Shown here: positions 13,530 through 30,473 of the stretch, piece after piece
Layout: each line of letters begins with the position of its first letter
Numbering within the stretch: the first letter of the stretch is position 1
Source: Balanoglossus misakiensis
Lineage: Eukaryota; Animalia; Hemichordata
NCBI GenBank assembly: GCA_040954595.2
Contig: CM082589.2
Coordinates: forward strand, 5,160,213-5,224,212
Reading direction: 5' to 3'
DNA: 64,000 nt
The notes under the pieces: generated by a model
The model's database searches: none
What the model saw: the letters and a program-made list of their open reading frames with translations, nothing else
Told to the model about the DNA's origin: nothing
Made by a program: the position numbers and the translations under genes

Positions 13530-16500
13530 TCAGCTATCGCTGGAAGACCCGGCCTCGGGACTCGATTCTGTTTTGTAGTACGGAGGTGATGTTGGTGAGC
13601 CTCCGATGTACAATCTTGATCTCATCGGCCATTTCTGTAAAGACAACAAGAATTATTTATTGATTTTGCAGTCTGTAGAAAAAAAAACATTTTTTCCGCT
13701 AGACAGTTGACAGAAACCAAAGAAAGTTTTAATTAAGATGCTAGTGTTAAGTTTCCCCAGGCATAGTAACACAATGCGTTTACTAACTATGCGGAGGTGC
13801 TAGGCCAGTGTATACAACACAGTTGAAATCGCTGTTACTATGAAGACCCATGCGCGTACAGCAGACGCACTGCCACTGTTGCTGTCAAATTCTGTGCCTT
13901 TAGTTACTATGGTAATGACTTATCACACGTACACAGTACATGACGGAAAATCTCGCCCAGGCCTAAACACTTCTTATAAACTGGACCAGTTTGAAAGGTG
14001 ATTCTTATCATGTTCGTTTCAATTCTTTCCAGGACTCACTGGCTCGCTTTAATGTAAGGTAGGCTCTAGGTTTCATATCCGGTCATTTTTTACAAAAAGA
14101 AGACAATCCACAATTATTAGTTGTCTCCTAATCTATACAGACATCTGTGTCCTCATTTGTTACGACTGTGTTACTGTACAGTGTGTGTCGATATCAATCA
14201 ACTCCAATGCACAGTTAGTAATACGAGAAATAAGACTTAAATTCACATCAGCTGTTGTCGATTCTCATAGATTCATTATAACAAGGTGATATTGGCGAGT
14301 ATTGACTGAGTAGTTGAAATAACACAGGTTTTGTACGTGTAGTAGTGAGTACTAGTATTAGTAGCGTGGGAATGTTGTGTCAATATGGTCTCAATAAATG
14401 ACCAACAGAGTCTGCGCGTCGGGATATTAATGAAATCGCCTAATTAGTTAGAGCATTCAGTGTGGCCAATTAAAGGGTGACGATCGTCTTATGCGCATGT
14501 GCCAAACCAGAGACTGATTCTGGTTACAAAAATTGTAAACAGTCAATACCATAAAGTAGTGTGCTGTATAAACAACAGACAAGAAGTGCGTTGTTGGTAA
14601 AGATTATTTCATTTGATTTCCATGGTTTCAATGCATTTTTCGGTGGATGACTCAGCAATTTTGGATGAGTAAAACCCGAAAGAAATGAGCAGGGTTTGGT
14701 TGGTAGTACTCGTTGCCCAAATTGTCAATTCTAATAATGGTGGGACGTTAACTGTGATGAAAACCCGTCCGTGTTTAAATCACGCGTACAAGTGAGACTC
14801 TCTTCCCTCGGGAAACTATTCGGCGGTGACAGACGAACGCGGACAGCCGCGGGTCTTCACAACTGTAAAAGTAGTAGTATTTGCCCCCAGTGGGTGACCC
14901 TGATGATAGGCGCAGAGGGAATAATGTTTGCACAAGATTAACACAGCGGTCAAACGCCACACTCTTTACCGTTCGGTCGTCTCTTTGCCCTCTCAATTTA
15001 TAACCACTTGGGCCATTTGTCACGACAGATATGGGGAATATATGATACGCAACAAACAGCTCAGCCGAATAAATATTGTCAAGTCTGGTCTCCGGGTGGC
15101 ATATGTCATGGCGTAAACGCTAAGCGCTAAAATAAATGAAAAGTAATGGCCGTCCTTATAGGGCACGATAGGCCATAAAATATATCGTCTGGCCCATACT
15201 TCGTCTATATGAGCAGAATTTATGGGCACGGATGAAAATATTGAGACAATTTCCGAGCGATTATGTGCTTAAGTTGATGCTTTTATGGGTTAAATTTGTC
15301 AAACATCCCACTAAATTGCCATTCCTGAGGACAACAGTGCATGGGAAACGATAGCTCGCCACGCTTGTTTGCCCTCAGTACAAGACTTGCGTAAACAGCC
15401 CCAAACATTCAATTTACCGCCGACTTGCTTTCACTGTAACTTTCTATTAAGGCTCCAGTAGCTGTAACTGTTCCTTATGTTAGACTCTTTAGTATTTTTG
15501 TTTTGAGTATCTTCTACATAACTGCAGTTTCTTATTCCGCTCCCTGTTTCAAAGCATAGTAATGAAAAGCTCAGTATCTAGCTTAACTCAACTTACATGT
15601 ATATTGTCATCATCGTTATTGTGCAAAATATGAATTCACACATAGGGAAATATTGACTAATACCGGTACACCTTTAAGGCAATGGGGTGACTAATACCCT
15701 CGTAATACTTCGAAGCCAAAAAAAAACGGAATATCACGTCTGTAGATTATTTTTTTACTTCTTTATTTACCCTGTTTCGTCGTATCGTTGTTTCGCTGTT
15801 TCGTTGTTTCGCTGTTTCTTTGTTTCGTAGAATATGACAAGCCGTCGGACGACGTTGCGGGTCGCCTGCACTTGAAGTAGAGTCGAACACAGTAGCTGGT
15901 CACAGATTTGATTACAGAGCCCAAGACAACACTATGTACCTTTCTCGTTCGTCTGTAAACACTTTTTACCCTAAATGTTGACCCAACGAAGAAAGGGCTT
16001 TTCACAAACAAGAAAACTCTCCACTTCGAATAAACCCAGTGTGTTTTAGGTCACAAAGCGATTTTTAGAGTGCATTCTATCTTGTCAGTTTCAAATGAAA
16101 TCGACATGACTATCCATCATGCGAGGACAAAGCCCGTCCTAATTAGGGCTTGCGACTTGTTTAGATATTGGGTTACAATATGATGGGGGGCTTTTTGGTC
16201 AAGATTGTAGTCATTGGAATCTCAAGTGGTGTTAACACAGGGATTAAGCGACTTTAATCCAGTGTCAACAGGTTCTGTGTCCGAATTTGGACGAGTGGCA
16301 CGATTTAGGACCCGATATTGACAAGCAATTATGGACAGCATCGAGCACCTATAGTTACGAAGTATCGGCTTCGAATTTCTTTCGGACAACGTTCACTATT
16401 TTATAACGACGCAAAATATCGGTGTTCGATTTTTAAAATGCTACGTTACATTGCCAAAAAATGTTTAGGATTACCCGTTTGGCTGGGTACAGGTGATTTT

Positions 16501-18820
16501 CACTGAACTGCATGGCGACCTTAAAAATATTCACAACTCTCTCAGTAAAATTGTCCTGAAATGGACAAATTACATGATATGTTTGGAGGCTATTTAGAAA
16601 TTCGGTATCGAGGTATAAAGTTTTTCAACCGATTAGTAAATTGAACAACGCGTGTTTTAAGGATTAGGCCACTTACTGAAATGTGTGGAGGTAATCTCAG
16701 ACCATAACGTCACTCTTATGTACTAATGACGTTACATCTTTGATACTACTTTGGAGAAATCAAGCCAGTTTAACATCCTTCTGAATTTAGCCGTTTATAT
16801 TTTCATTATTGGCACGACACTATGCAATTTTCTTTCAGGCTACTAAGCGTTCAAGACCGCCGACCAGATATCGAAATTGGCTCAATTCAGAGTTAACAAC
16901 ATTCCATAAAGAGTACGCTACGCTGCTTATGTTACACATATCAGTCGTTGAAATCTAAGACGCAGAACCCCTTTCCATATCAACGACATATTTTTCTAAT
17001 TAACCCAGACTAGGTTGGCAAATTAAAATATGAAAAAGCGCGTGATCAGGCTCTTGGGAAGAAGAAGATATGAGAAAAATCTAATAAAGAAATTTCATAA
17101 AGCGTAAACCAAGCTTGGCGCCCAGCGGTAAGCAACGGGTTTGGACGGCGCTATAATGACTGTCGTATGGTTTAAAACAGCGAGCGGTCATGGTTTTATA
17201 TCAAGATAATATGATATTAAGATGTAAAGGCAAGGTTGTTAACCTTTTAATGAGCTGGCGAGATGAATGTACCGGCGCGCAAAATACCACCTCGTTCCCG
17301 GGCGCTGATTCTTCTGTCGCGCTGAAATGATGCAGGACTCGATGATGTAGAATCAGATGAATGCAAACTTACACACAATAAGTGGCATATTAGACAGAAA
17401 TCAGACTTGGGGTATAGCTTAGCTTTAACGTAACGGGCGGATAGAATTCAACAAAATTGGAACATTTATTTTTATCAGCAACATCGAATCCGCATATCCA
17501 CAGAAATCACGCATATCTATGAAATAAATAGTAAACATGGTATTTTTGTTTTCAGTACAGCTGCTATAAGGGTTAGATTCCCAGTGCCTGTAATCGGTAA
17601 AGCGAGAGTGCTTTTCTACTCTTATCGTCGTAAAACCAGTTATTTATACCGTAAATGATTCTTTGTTTTGATTGAGAGTAGTTAAAAGATTTGAAAGAAC
17701 TACTTGACGTTTTCAGTGTGAATCGTTGTCGATGATAGAACATCCTCAACGTTGTTAAATTCACTTCAATTACGCACCAATAAAAAAGCCAATTACGATG
17801 TAGAACGTACGTTAAAGAAATGGCAGATTATCTAAAAGTTGGAAATGAAAACTTCGCGGTTTCCTTGGCAACTTTAATTTTAAACTCATGTGAAATAGTA
17901 CAATTCGTGAATAGGCCCTGAAGTCAAATAAAAACCTCTCAATATTACCATCTCGACAAATTTCGGATGATATTTTGCCTAAAAAAAGTTTACTTGATGT
18001 GTAAATGAACTACCACTGGCTATATGATCTCCAAAACACGTGTCAGTGTATTGGCGACATATTTTTCGACGCAAAACACCACTATCGTATACTTCTCTGC
18101 CCACTGGTCCATGGCGATTTCTCTTCCTGATAAAACACTTGTCTGCAGTCACGGTGGCTGAGCATCGATTTTCTGGCAATGAGAAATCTGCCAGCCTCTT
18201 ACGAAAACACGGGATATACATTTGTGTTTAAGGTAATTTCCTGATGTCTAGGTTCAGCATAGCGTATCTGTTAAAAGTGACTTTTGCCAAGAAAAACTGG
18301 ACGTTTGAAGCTTGTGGACCTTGTGTGCACAGCAAGCGGTAATACAGTGGTACCCAATATGTAGTAATTAGTTTAGACAGATGCTATCCCCCGCTATGTA
18401 TTTTAAAAAAAGTTATTACGATTTGATCAATTAATAATCTACCTTGACTGGATGTAAATAGCCGTTTGCTCCGAGTCTGTGTTGTTTTTCTTCGTGTCCG
18501 TCGGGGTTGTCGGCGTCCAGCGTCTGCATCAAGTGTGCGATGTACGTGGTTGCCAGCACGAGAACGTCCAGTTTGGAAAGTTTTGTGTCTGGTGGCACGG
18601 ACGGCAAAGTTTTCTGCAGGTCGAGAAACGCTGTCTTCAGCGTCTGCACCCGACCCCGCTCCCGGGCCGCGTTCGCTCCCGTCGGTCGACCTCTTCGCCT
18701 GGGTTTGTGGTTCGAAATGTCCCCCTTTTTCATACCCCGTCTCCTCGAGTCCTTCCCAGTACCGAACTCTCCGGCGTCTACCCGTTCTGTACATTCGTTG
18801 ATTTCGCTTGTTTTTGTCAT
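13530..18820 (-). CDS. TCF24: bHLH transcription factor of the TCF23/TCF24 (OUT) family, two coding exons
   Basis: Exon 1 18820-18443 encodes [48 protein letters not shown]...GYLHPVK. Exon 2 13634-13530 encodes [12 protein letters not shown]...stop, completing the family motif [15 protein letters not shown]. Phase-0 GT-AG intron. An alternative upstream in-frame ATG exists at 18859. Confidence 0.9.
15772..15827. repeat. Short 8-bp tandem repeat (TGTTTCGY-like), about 6 copies, in the bHLH intron
   Basis: Read directly: tgtttcgt cgtatcgt tgtttcgc tgtttcgt tgtttcgc tgtttctt tgtttcg. Confidence 0.7.
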
Positions 18821-18880
18821 TGCTGTGTGCTCCGAACAGCAAACACCTTCAATGGGCATATGCACAGCTGACAAGCGCCT

Positions 18881-18899
18881 CTATATATATACACACGTG
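18881..18899 (-). promoter_or_regulatory. Candidate TATA box (TATATATATAG) with adjacent E-box (CACGTG) for the bHLH gene
   Basis: TATA-like run about 60-70 nt upstream of the ATG at 18820; CACGTG at 18894-18899 and CAGCTG at 18865-18870. Confidence 0.5.
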
Positions 18900-19653
18900 T
18901 TTGCAAGCACCAGAGACCGAGCGGGTTGGGTTGGCCGTGTCGTGTACGGTGCGGTCGTCATTCAAGTAGCCTTCTCGCTGTTGATTTGATGTCGCCGTTA
19001 TGTACATGACTTATAATAGCACCGCAGGACCATACACTTGATCCCCTGTCAACACTTCAGATTAATGAGATCATACCACTTCACAACAGGGGTGGTCACG
19101 CCTTGAAAGTGAAAGGTATTACGCAGGCTCTTTAATGCGTCCATTCACAGACGCCGTCTGTGATCAGAAACTTGGAAGTCTGCCATCGATAAATTCCAAA
19201 ATATTTTCAACAACAGAAATTAGAAAGCAGTTTTATTTTGCAGTCATGTTAAAATTACTTTGTAATAATCGAAAGTCCATAATGTATAGTCTTATCTACT
19301 GAATTGTGAGTTTCTATTAAATTGACCAGGTTACATTAATTTGGTTTAGTTCATTTTGCTGAAAGGTTTATACACGGACTAATTCTGCCCACAACGAAAG
19401 AAATCGAACAAAATGGGTGCGGCTTTCTCGTGTTCATGGCGAATCCACCCACGGTGTCTTGGTTCATAAAGGTATGTGCGCTGGTCAGTATGTATTCGCA
19501 CTACATCAAAAATAATAATCAAAGTGAATGTAATAATGTAATGCCTCAAAAGGTGCAACAGGGAGCGTTATAGATTTGTACACAAAGAATATACATGTAC
19601 ATCTCGCCTCCTTTGATACTGAAGCGATATATATGATTTGTATGGACAACAAA

Positions 19654-19723
<70 letters not shown>
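19654..19723. repeat. (GAT)n microsatellite, about 23 units, upstream of the bHLH gene
   Basis: Perfect GAT run; the overlapping poly-D/S/I ORFs are artefacts. Confidence 0.95.
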
Positions 19724-19724
<1 letters not shown>

Positions 19725-22700
19725 CGACCAATCCGGCGACGAAGTGGTGGAGAAGTAGAGGGAGAAGGGAAAACAATTAGTAGCAGTTCTAGTAGTAATA
19801 GAACAGCCCGACTTCAATCGAAAGTGGCTAAAATTAAGATTGTTACTAAGAGCACGTGATGGGTCGGTTTAGAGAATTTTCTCCACTGAACAATAGTCTG
19901 TTTGCTATTAAAGTAGCGCACGAAGACTGAAGTGAGTCATAGTGATCTTGATGCTCTTAGAACTCATTTCGGCTGACACAAAACGACATGAGTGGTTCAA
20001 GGAATTCTCATGGCATCGATAACCTGCAATGAAGAGCTCCCGTTGAGCTTCGCTGATTTCGTCAACATTCGGCGGTCACGTGATTATCACTCGGGTATTA
20101 CCCTGTTCGGGGGCAGGCAAAATCCCTTTATGGTTGTCACGTCTTCCCCGGTGCGTTGCATTCACGCTAGATCAAGACCTTCGTGAGTTGCTAGCGGCCC
20201 GCATCAACTTTGTTGCAAACAAAAGCGACAACAGTTTACCCACACCTTTGCCATTTGACTATCAATCTTTCCTTACAAACGACGGTTGCGGTAACTTAAC
20301 AGCAATTTTGTTTTATGTACTCGCTGCAGCTTCTTGGCCTCTCGAATAGAGAGTGGCTGCAACTTTTGATGAGTTTTTTTCAGTATTTTGTTCTTCTTCT
20401 GAAACTGCCATGGATTTTCTTGAATTGGCAGGGCTCTGACAATCTCCAAATTATTGCGCATTGACCATCGTTGCCGCTGAAACGTAAACTGTACATCGAT
20501 ATCCCGCACTACTGTCAGACAAACAGCAAACTCTAGACTGATTTATTCGAATGAGCCAAAGACCAAAATATCCGCAGCAATAATTACCAAAACAGCGATA
20601 TATATTGAGACAGCGAAGTAAACAAAGGACTCATAGAGAAATGTAAACTTCTACTAAAGTTTAGTCAGGAAAAATAAATATGTCACGGGTTAGAAACACA
20701 TAAGGTCGAACTTCAAACGGTAGGTTACTTCGGAGTGTTGACTAACGTCTGACCGCCAAGCGGCGCAAAAATCGGTCGGTTTAGCGTCGTGCGTTTTATA
20801 AATTATCAAATCGAAAACCGAAACGATTTACTAAAGTGCGAATGATTTCGCTGGAAATGGTAAAATTCTTTGACATCAGAGAGATAAGTATGACTTGTTA
20901 TCGCGGTTAAAGTGTACAAGCCGCTCGCAAAATAGATCAAAGTAAATCGCCCAAACACGGTGAACCCTTGTTAGACGTCAGGATGGACACACCAAACTAG
21001 TAAATAAAATGCTTCTATATTTCAAAGGCGAATAAGAGTAAAGGCGGATTCGGTAGCCAGTATTGACTTGATGGCTCCGCTGGGTGACAACTGCGTCGAT
21101 GGAGACGATAAGATCTTGACACATCCGGGGACTAGAGCTTCATAAATCACCGGAGACAAAGTCGGCCCAGGTAACCCAATCTGAGGGCACGGTGTCCGTA
21201 CCAAGTGGATGCCGTGCAAACTGCATTCCATACTAATTGCTGCGGCAAGACACAGCAAATGACCTGTAACACAGACCATAGATCATAAACGTCACAATGG
21301 TCTACTTCACAATCCCCTTTTCTCCTTCGATTTATAGTCAGTATTTGTCTCCTAAACTTCTGCTCGACTAGGTTCCCACACACATACACATACACATACA
21401 CACATACACATACGATATAGAAACCCGACTAGGCGAATAAGATATAGCAAAGTGTCATAAACGTGCAGGCCGGACATATCTGGAAGTGAGATATTTTTTC
21501 CAGCTTCCAACTGATTCAACGTTTCGAGTGGGTAAAATATCAAGCTAGACAATCGAGCCCACCCCTTTCCAAACTTAAATATTTGGAAAAAAGCGTCGGG
21601 TCTAGTCTTGACACGTGGACAAAACCCCGAAGTCTGTTTGAACCTACAAAGATTAACAAAGACGTAACTACATGTTTATCACATGTCCGCTAATGTTACC
21701 ATTGTTGTTCGTGTTCAAAATGTATCCAAATGGTTTTTTTTGTTTGTCACAGGGAAGTGAAGACGTAATAGCAACAGTTAGGCGAAACAGAAAAAGTTGT
21801 CGAAACTGTTGTGGTCTGTTAGTCGATTGAACTTTGTTCTCTCCTTAGCCCCTGAGTTTAGAAAAATCTTCAAATGATTTTTATTACACAGAAACCAATT
21901 TCATCTGGCTACCTTTGAGTACAATCACGTATAGACACGGAATGAAAAAAAACCGCTACCAATATAGAAATAAACAGTGCGGTGAAAGGAAGCAGAATGG
22001 CTCGCTTATTTCCTGCGTTTCAGTAAACCATTTTGCATCTCAGGTTGATCAAGGTTGATATCCAGTGCACAAAAGATCTAATGTGTGAGCCCTAGTTCTC
22101 TCTGCCGGTCGGAATGGGTGAATTTTTGGGGTATTTGTGACATGTCGTCACCGAATGGGGGATTCCACGCTGAACAAACAGGAATCCAACGACCAACAAA
22201 TTACGTTGACATTGGCAGGGCATATCGACCCTTCGGCATTCTCCGCCATACCGAAGCGTGCTACGAATGGCGCGGATGTCTAAATAGTTTTTCCTGTGTA
22301 TATTTGCTGCTTTTTTGTCGTCTTCACGGTGAGGTTAACTCTGCGGGGTATACTACTAAAAAGACCCAGTGTTGTTTCCAATTTTGTTAAAAAGTGTTTC
22401 TCCCCAGATGCATCCACCATATCGTTCTGCTTCGCTCCATTACGACGCGCCCCTTTTTTCACGGTAAACCAGCCCATATCGCATTGCAAAATGCCACACC
22501 ACGCACCAAGCAGGGCGATACATTAGTAAGGTACACTAAACATTATTACACTTTCAAGACGTGTAATTCGAAAAAAGAGACGAATTAATTCTTTTTGAGG
22601 ACAGGTTCCGGAAGACTGTGCGTTTAGCATGGCCGGTAGATCATGCATGGGACCACGGTTACTGGAAGTAACCGTGATGGAATTGAAAATCGGGTATGCT

Positions 22701-23416
22701 GGCGGATAAGCTTTCTCCCCGCAAAGTTGCTCAACGTACGACCGTCAGACTACTTTCTGACATAGTCCGTCTATACAGATGGAAGCATGTCGTGACTCGC
22801 TTTAGACCATTGCAGCCGAGATATTTCATAAACTAAAGATAAACACAAACAAAAGACAGAATATATTAATGGGTCTTGTAAAAATTTAATAAAATCTGAA
22901 TTGACGGCAGCTATGTTACCCAACAAAATGTAATACCAGAAATGCGAGCAGTGTTATGATGTCCAGGTTTTCAATGGTTCAGTGACCAGGTGAACCGCAT
23001 TTCTTTTGTTTTCACCCACCGAGTGACCAGGTGTTAATTAATTATGTATTTTTTGTTGGCGTACAGGGCACGTACATTGCCACGTTGCCTTGCTGCTGCT
23101 TGTATGCTGGGTTTGTACGCCATACTGTCTCCACGTTGAGAAGTTTGTACCCGGCTACTCGTGTGCGCTGGCTATGTGTGGTTCCGTCAACATCGCCGGG
23201 CTAGGACTACGCTACGGCCCGGGGGATGTTGCGTTCTGGTGGACTTTCCCGAAACTACAGTTCTTGGAGTATTGGAAGTTCCGCGAGTACACCAAAGTAG
23301 GAGCTTCGTGTATGCGTGTGTTCTGTGCGGACTATTCTAGACTTTCGCTGTGGAACGTGTGTTGACGCCACCCGCGTGTGATCTGGTCCGGCCGAGCTGG
23401 ACGTTTCAAGATTCTA

Positions 23417-25422
23417 CTACTCGAACTCGTCAGGACAATATTCCGAGGTAATTGTTCCTTGCGAACTGTACACGCTGGCATTATAACAAACCCCAGTACC
23501 GTTATTGAAAGCATGTAGCTGTTGGTAAACTATTGTATTTTCACTTGGTCATCTGGTCACAATTATTGTTATTCATTTCATATTGCCTTGAGTTAATTAA
23601 ATAAGATTATTTAATGAACAACTTGCGTGAACGTGATATTTGTTTGACCGCTTTTCTGTCCTAATAGTTTGGCTATCTTGGAGTCGTAACAGCAGTCGTG
23701 CTTCACATATGACAATAGGATAGACGCAGCAATGTGAAACCCCCCATCGTGCACCAAATCCTGTGCCAGCCCTGTATCTCACAACCCTGTAGTAAGGTCA
23801 CCAGGAAGAAGACCTGCATTGGCGGTCTAGCAAGTACCTACTTCAATACTTATTTTCTTTTCTTTTTTTTCTGAAAGTAGCCTGCTTATATGACCCAGTG
23901 TTCAGGTACTATACCAAATGCGCGTAGTATTGCATATAGAACGTGTACATGACGGAGTACTGTTAATCATATTTGTAAATTTATGAATTGAAAGGTCGCT
24001 TTAAAACTAGTTTTTCGGGGTTTCACCAATCATTTACCGGTGAAGCTATTCCCGGAATTGACACGTCATCAAGATCAACTATGCCAAACTGGTCTGATCT
24101 CAAACTCGAGTGTGTGCTGCGAACCTGTGACGGTCGCATGCTGGTTGTTGATACTCTGGTTCTAGCGCCCTCAGTTGTCGTAGTCAGGCGTCGGTTTGTT
24201 TTTGGCATCGCTGGATGGAAAATTAGCCTCCGTTTATTGGGCCGCATAATTATCCCGTCGTCTTCGTAGTCAGTGTCATAAAATTCAAACGTTTCTTCTC
24301 TGACGTATACGACCCTCGGAACTTTCCGGGACTTGGTCGTCGTGGCGACAGGGACTGGATGACCAGTGTTCTTTTCGTCCTTGCCAGGAAGATCTGTATC
24401 GTTCTCCATTGGCTTCGACCTTCTAAAAAGATAAGAATATTGACAAGAAGATATCTTACAAAGCTTTGTGTTATCATCGCGGCGATAGCCCAAGATAATT
24501 TCAGAAATCTAATTAAGTTGTTATCGGACACGATCTCTCAATAAACTGACATCCAGAGTACAAACTTGGTATCTTCGGTACAAAACACAAAATCATGTCA
24601 CGAGATGTTCAGATTTTGAACATCCGTGATTGGATATGATATTTTATCATTATCTTCTTTTGATATTGCATTCGTACCACACAGTCGCACTAAAGTCAAA
24701 ATTTACATGACACGTCAAAGGGAATTTTACCTGCTGCAAAACACGTACAACATGAGACACGTCAGGATTAGTATCAGCAGAAGGTTGAGCACGGTCAGTG
24801 TTAACAAGAGTAGCGTGATACCTGCAATGTCAAATGATTACGTAAATGAGGAGCTTGTCATTACATTAAGACGATGATAAGAGAACAGGTTATATTTTTG
24901 GCAGATTGAGTGTTGAGAAACAGGAACGTTTAGATGCAAAGTATGAGCTTGTGTCATTTCATGGACCTCTAGTATAATGTTATAGTATTTTGATGGAAAT
25001 AAGAACCAGATTCTTCGGACACTGCATGTGGTACTATTGAGCGTGAGCGCCCTCTAAATTACAGAATAACCAACATAAAGACAGGTCATAGCAAGTGCAT
25101 GCGTACGACTCATGGACTGAACTCTATTCGATATATTTTATAAATGATTTAATAAAATCAGTTTGGACATTACTTATTTAAAAATCAACTGTAAATCCTT
25201 TGCTTAAAGTGCCTCTTTCCTGCAATGGAACCGTAATGCCAACGGGTAAAAAATACAGATACCTGTGTCGTCTGCGCATGGTTGTTGGGTTGCCATGATA
25301 TCTATTCGTTGGTGTGATAACATCAATGCCTCCGACTCTTTCGGTCTTGCTTTTTCTGTCTCATGTGACAAGGGCACTGCCAAAGAAATTATTAAGAAAT
25401 GCAATACAACCATGACCAACAT
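23417..25422 (-). CDS. Gene E: predicted small type I membrane protein (signal peptide, ~35-aa ectodomain, TM, long Tyr-containing tail), about 245 aa
   Basis: Exons: 25422-25263 (MLVMVVLHFLIISLAVPLS...DDTG, phase 1); 24821-24731 (TM GITLLLLTLTVLNLLLILILTCLMLYVFCS, phase 1/2); 24422-24038 (RRSKPMENDT...RKVPRVVY...FYDTDYE...GIASP); tentative last exon 23518-23417. The TM exon phases match genes A-D. If the last intron is not spliced, the protein stops at 24023. Confidence 0.65.
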
Positions 25423-27104
25423 GTTACGGATTGCTTTCGGCTGTGGTCGCTGACGGATGAATTTACGTCATCTGGACACGTCACGTGGTTCTCTTGGTGG
25501 TGTGTCGTTCGTGACTTTATCTGTATCTTGCAGTCTGTCGACATGTACAACGATTTTTCTCGACACTTTCCGGGTTGTTTAGATCGGCGTCTCTATTGTC
25601 GTCTGCCCAACTGTGATTGGTTCTCTAGTTGTTAATTGAACGGCAGCACAGATAATCTGTCTCTTGTCGCCTGGTCGACAGCGACACAGTATGTCCCAAC
25701 GTCTCTGGATTAAGATTTGTTGCAAGAGTACAGAAATCTATATATTTTAGACGTCACCATTTTGTTTGTTGTCGGTCGATGTTACTTTGAACTTTGACCT
25801 GGATGATTATTAAAGGCCACCCTACGGTGTACACAACTTCTTATAGATGGTTTAATAGGCTTAATTATGATAGAACAAGATTTGAGGCATTAATTAAATT
25901 CTTTCGGAGACCCCATTATATATATTAATGATGCCATGGACTGTAACGACGATAACTTTAATCTGTCGGTCTCTGAAGGGGAAAATAATTGTGATACTTA
26001 TGGATGGTTTTTCAAGGTTTCATTTCAGAACACCAATCAACAGTTTGTTTAATATTCAATTCTTTATAACTGCTTCTAATCCAGTTTACATAATCTCTAT
26101 CGACTTTCATCAATGTCTTGATAGCATACGATATCCAATCACGCCATACCTGGAAGAGAATGCTGATCTTTGGGTAAACTTTGCCTTAATCTTTCTACCT
26201 GCTTTGCGAAGTGAACATGTTTGTCTTCCATGGATCAAAGCTAACAGTAGCCAGATGTGTTGGGAGATAACAATTTGGAGGCTGACGTTGTTTTTCGAAC
26301 TTCTTCTATATTTAAGCCATCGTAACGAGAAGAAGCAATGCGATAGAGCTAAGGAAGCTTTTAAAGTTTCGCCTGCTTTTTAGGGTATTATGATGTTGAG
26401 TCACTCGCAGAGATAACAGAAATCACGTAAACCTTAGTCCGGTCAAAGGTTAACTAATCCAATTCAATTCAGATATACCTTTTCCATGCGGCGTAGGCGA
26501 TGCTTTCTAATATCTATAGATATGAAAATTAGTTTTAAACAAGAAAATGATTGTGATCAACAATCCCAAACCGGAATGGACGCAATTTGTCATATGTAAG
26601 TGGGTAGAAAGGGTGCGAGTCTTTCACAAGAAGCTCTCGTGGCGAGACGACGTCGAGAAACTGGCCTCCATAGACACAAACAGAAATTGATGGACAACAT
26701 GTCCCTGGCAGAGTAAACCACGTGATGATATGCGATATACTTAATCCAGTACCAGATAAACACAAATTATTAATCTGAGATCCAACCCGCCGAACGTAGT
26801 GCCCCGGTGGTGCACTTGTAAAATGTAACTCGGTATAAAAAAGGGCAAATTGTTTCAGCATTTTACATCAAATCACAAGGCAGGCGTTAAAGTAGGGTTA
26901 AAACTTTATTAATAGAACTTCAATGATCAATGGTGCTTTATCATCCGATCAGACCCTCCTTGCATATCTGGTCTCTTGAAGAGAACGTTTATACTCCATC
27001 GGCCGTAAGTGATTTCATCGAATGATAAACTATAGACTTTTATAACGCTATATTTTGAACATCGTCATTGTGACGCCTCACCGGCCGTTCTGTATGACAA
27101 GTCC

Positions 27105-29540
<2,436 letters not shown>

Positions 29541-30473
29541 TATGTCAAGAGTAGATCCACCTCGTGTTTGCCGTGGATATCATATGTGAGACTCGTCGAA
29601 AAATTTTCAGAAAACACGTGATCAACTTTGTCCAATTAAAGAAAGATGACGAGTTTGTCTCACATTATTTTTGGCGAAAACTCAGTATGGGGAAGTTGGC
29701 CAGTTTTTATTTATGAAAGGTATCAACATTTCTGATTTCATAATCGTTCGCGCATGTTTCGTAATGAATTTACAGACAAAACAGGAACTACGAGTTTATC
29801 TATGTGAGTCAGAATCTGCATGAGACAAAATTGAAATATCATCCCATTACCGAATTATTAATTCGAAGATGCGATTTAATTTAAGTCACATCCAATTGAT
29901 TCCAAATTTAATCAATGTGACTTAATTTGGAATGCAATACTTGTATTTGAAGTCTGTGCAGATAGAAACGACAAAACACAAACCCGGAAGTTAACCAGGA
30001 TGGGCAAAATATTAAAACTTCGAGAAGCTTAGGATGGCAGTTGGAAATGGGATTCAAATTTTCAATATACGGGAAAAAAGTTTTTTTTGCGAATTCATCG
30101 AACTATTTGCCAACTGCAATAAATTATATTGTTGACTTATCGGTCCTTTCGCGCCAGGCCCGTTACTATGGAAATGATTTTAGCATTCAGTAATCAACAA
30201 CAAACACATTGATATATTGTATAATTGCTTTTTATTTTTACTGTGTAAGACATGGTTAAACTCTGTGTTCTGACATTATTCTTTCCCTATTGGTCTATGT
30301 CATCGTCGAAATGTCTTTTTAATGTACTATAAAGTCAACATGAAGCTATAAAACAAATTTGAAGTGAAATTCAAGAGATGTATGCCAGAAAAATGCACCA
30401 CCAAACTTAAGTCCCAGAGATATATACATACGATGTGCTTAAATGCATAGAACGGAAATACATTTATTCTCGT

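Noticed and set aside
18384-18989. Several overlapping ORFs over bHLH exon 1
   Set aside because: GC-rich alternative frames; only the bHLH frame shows homology.
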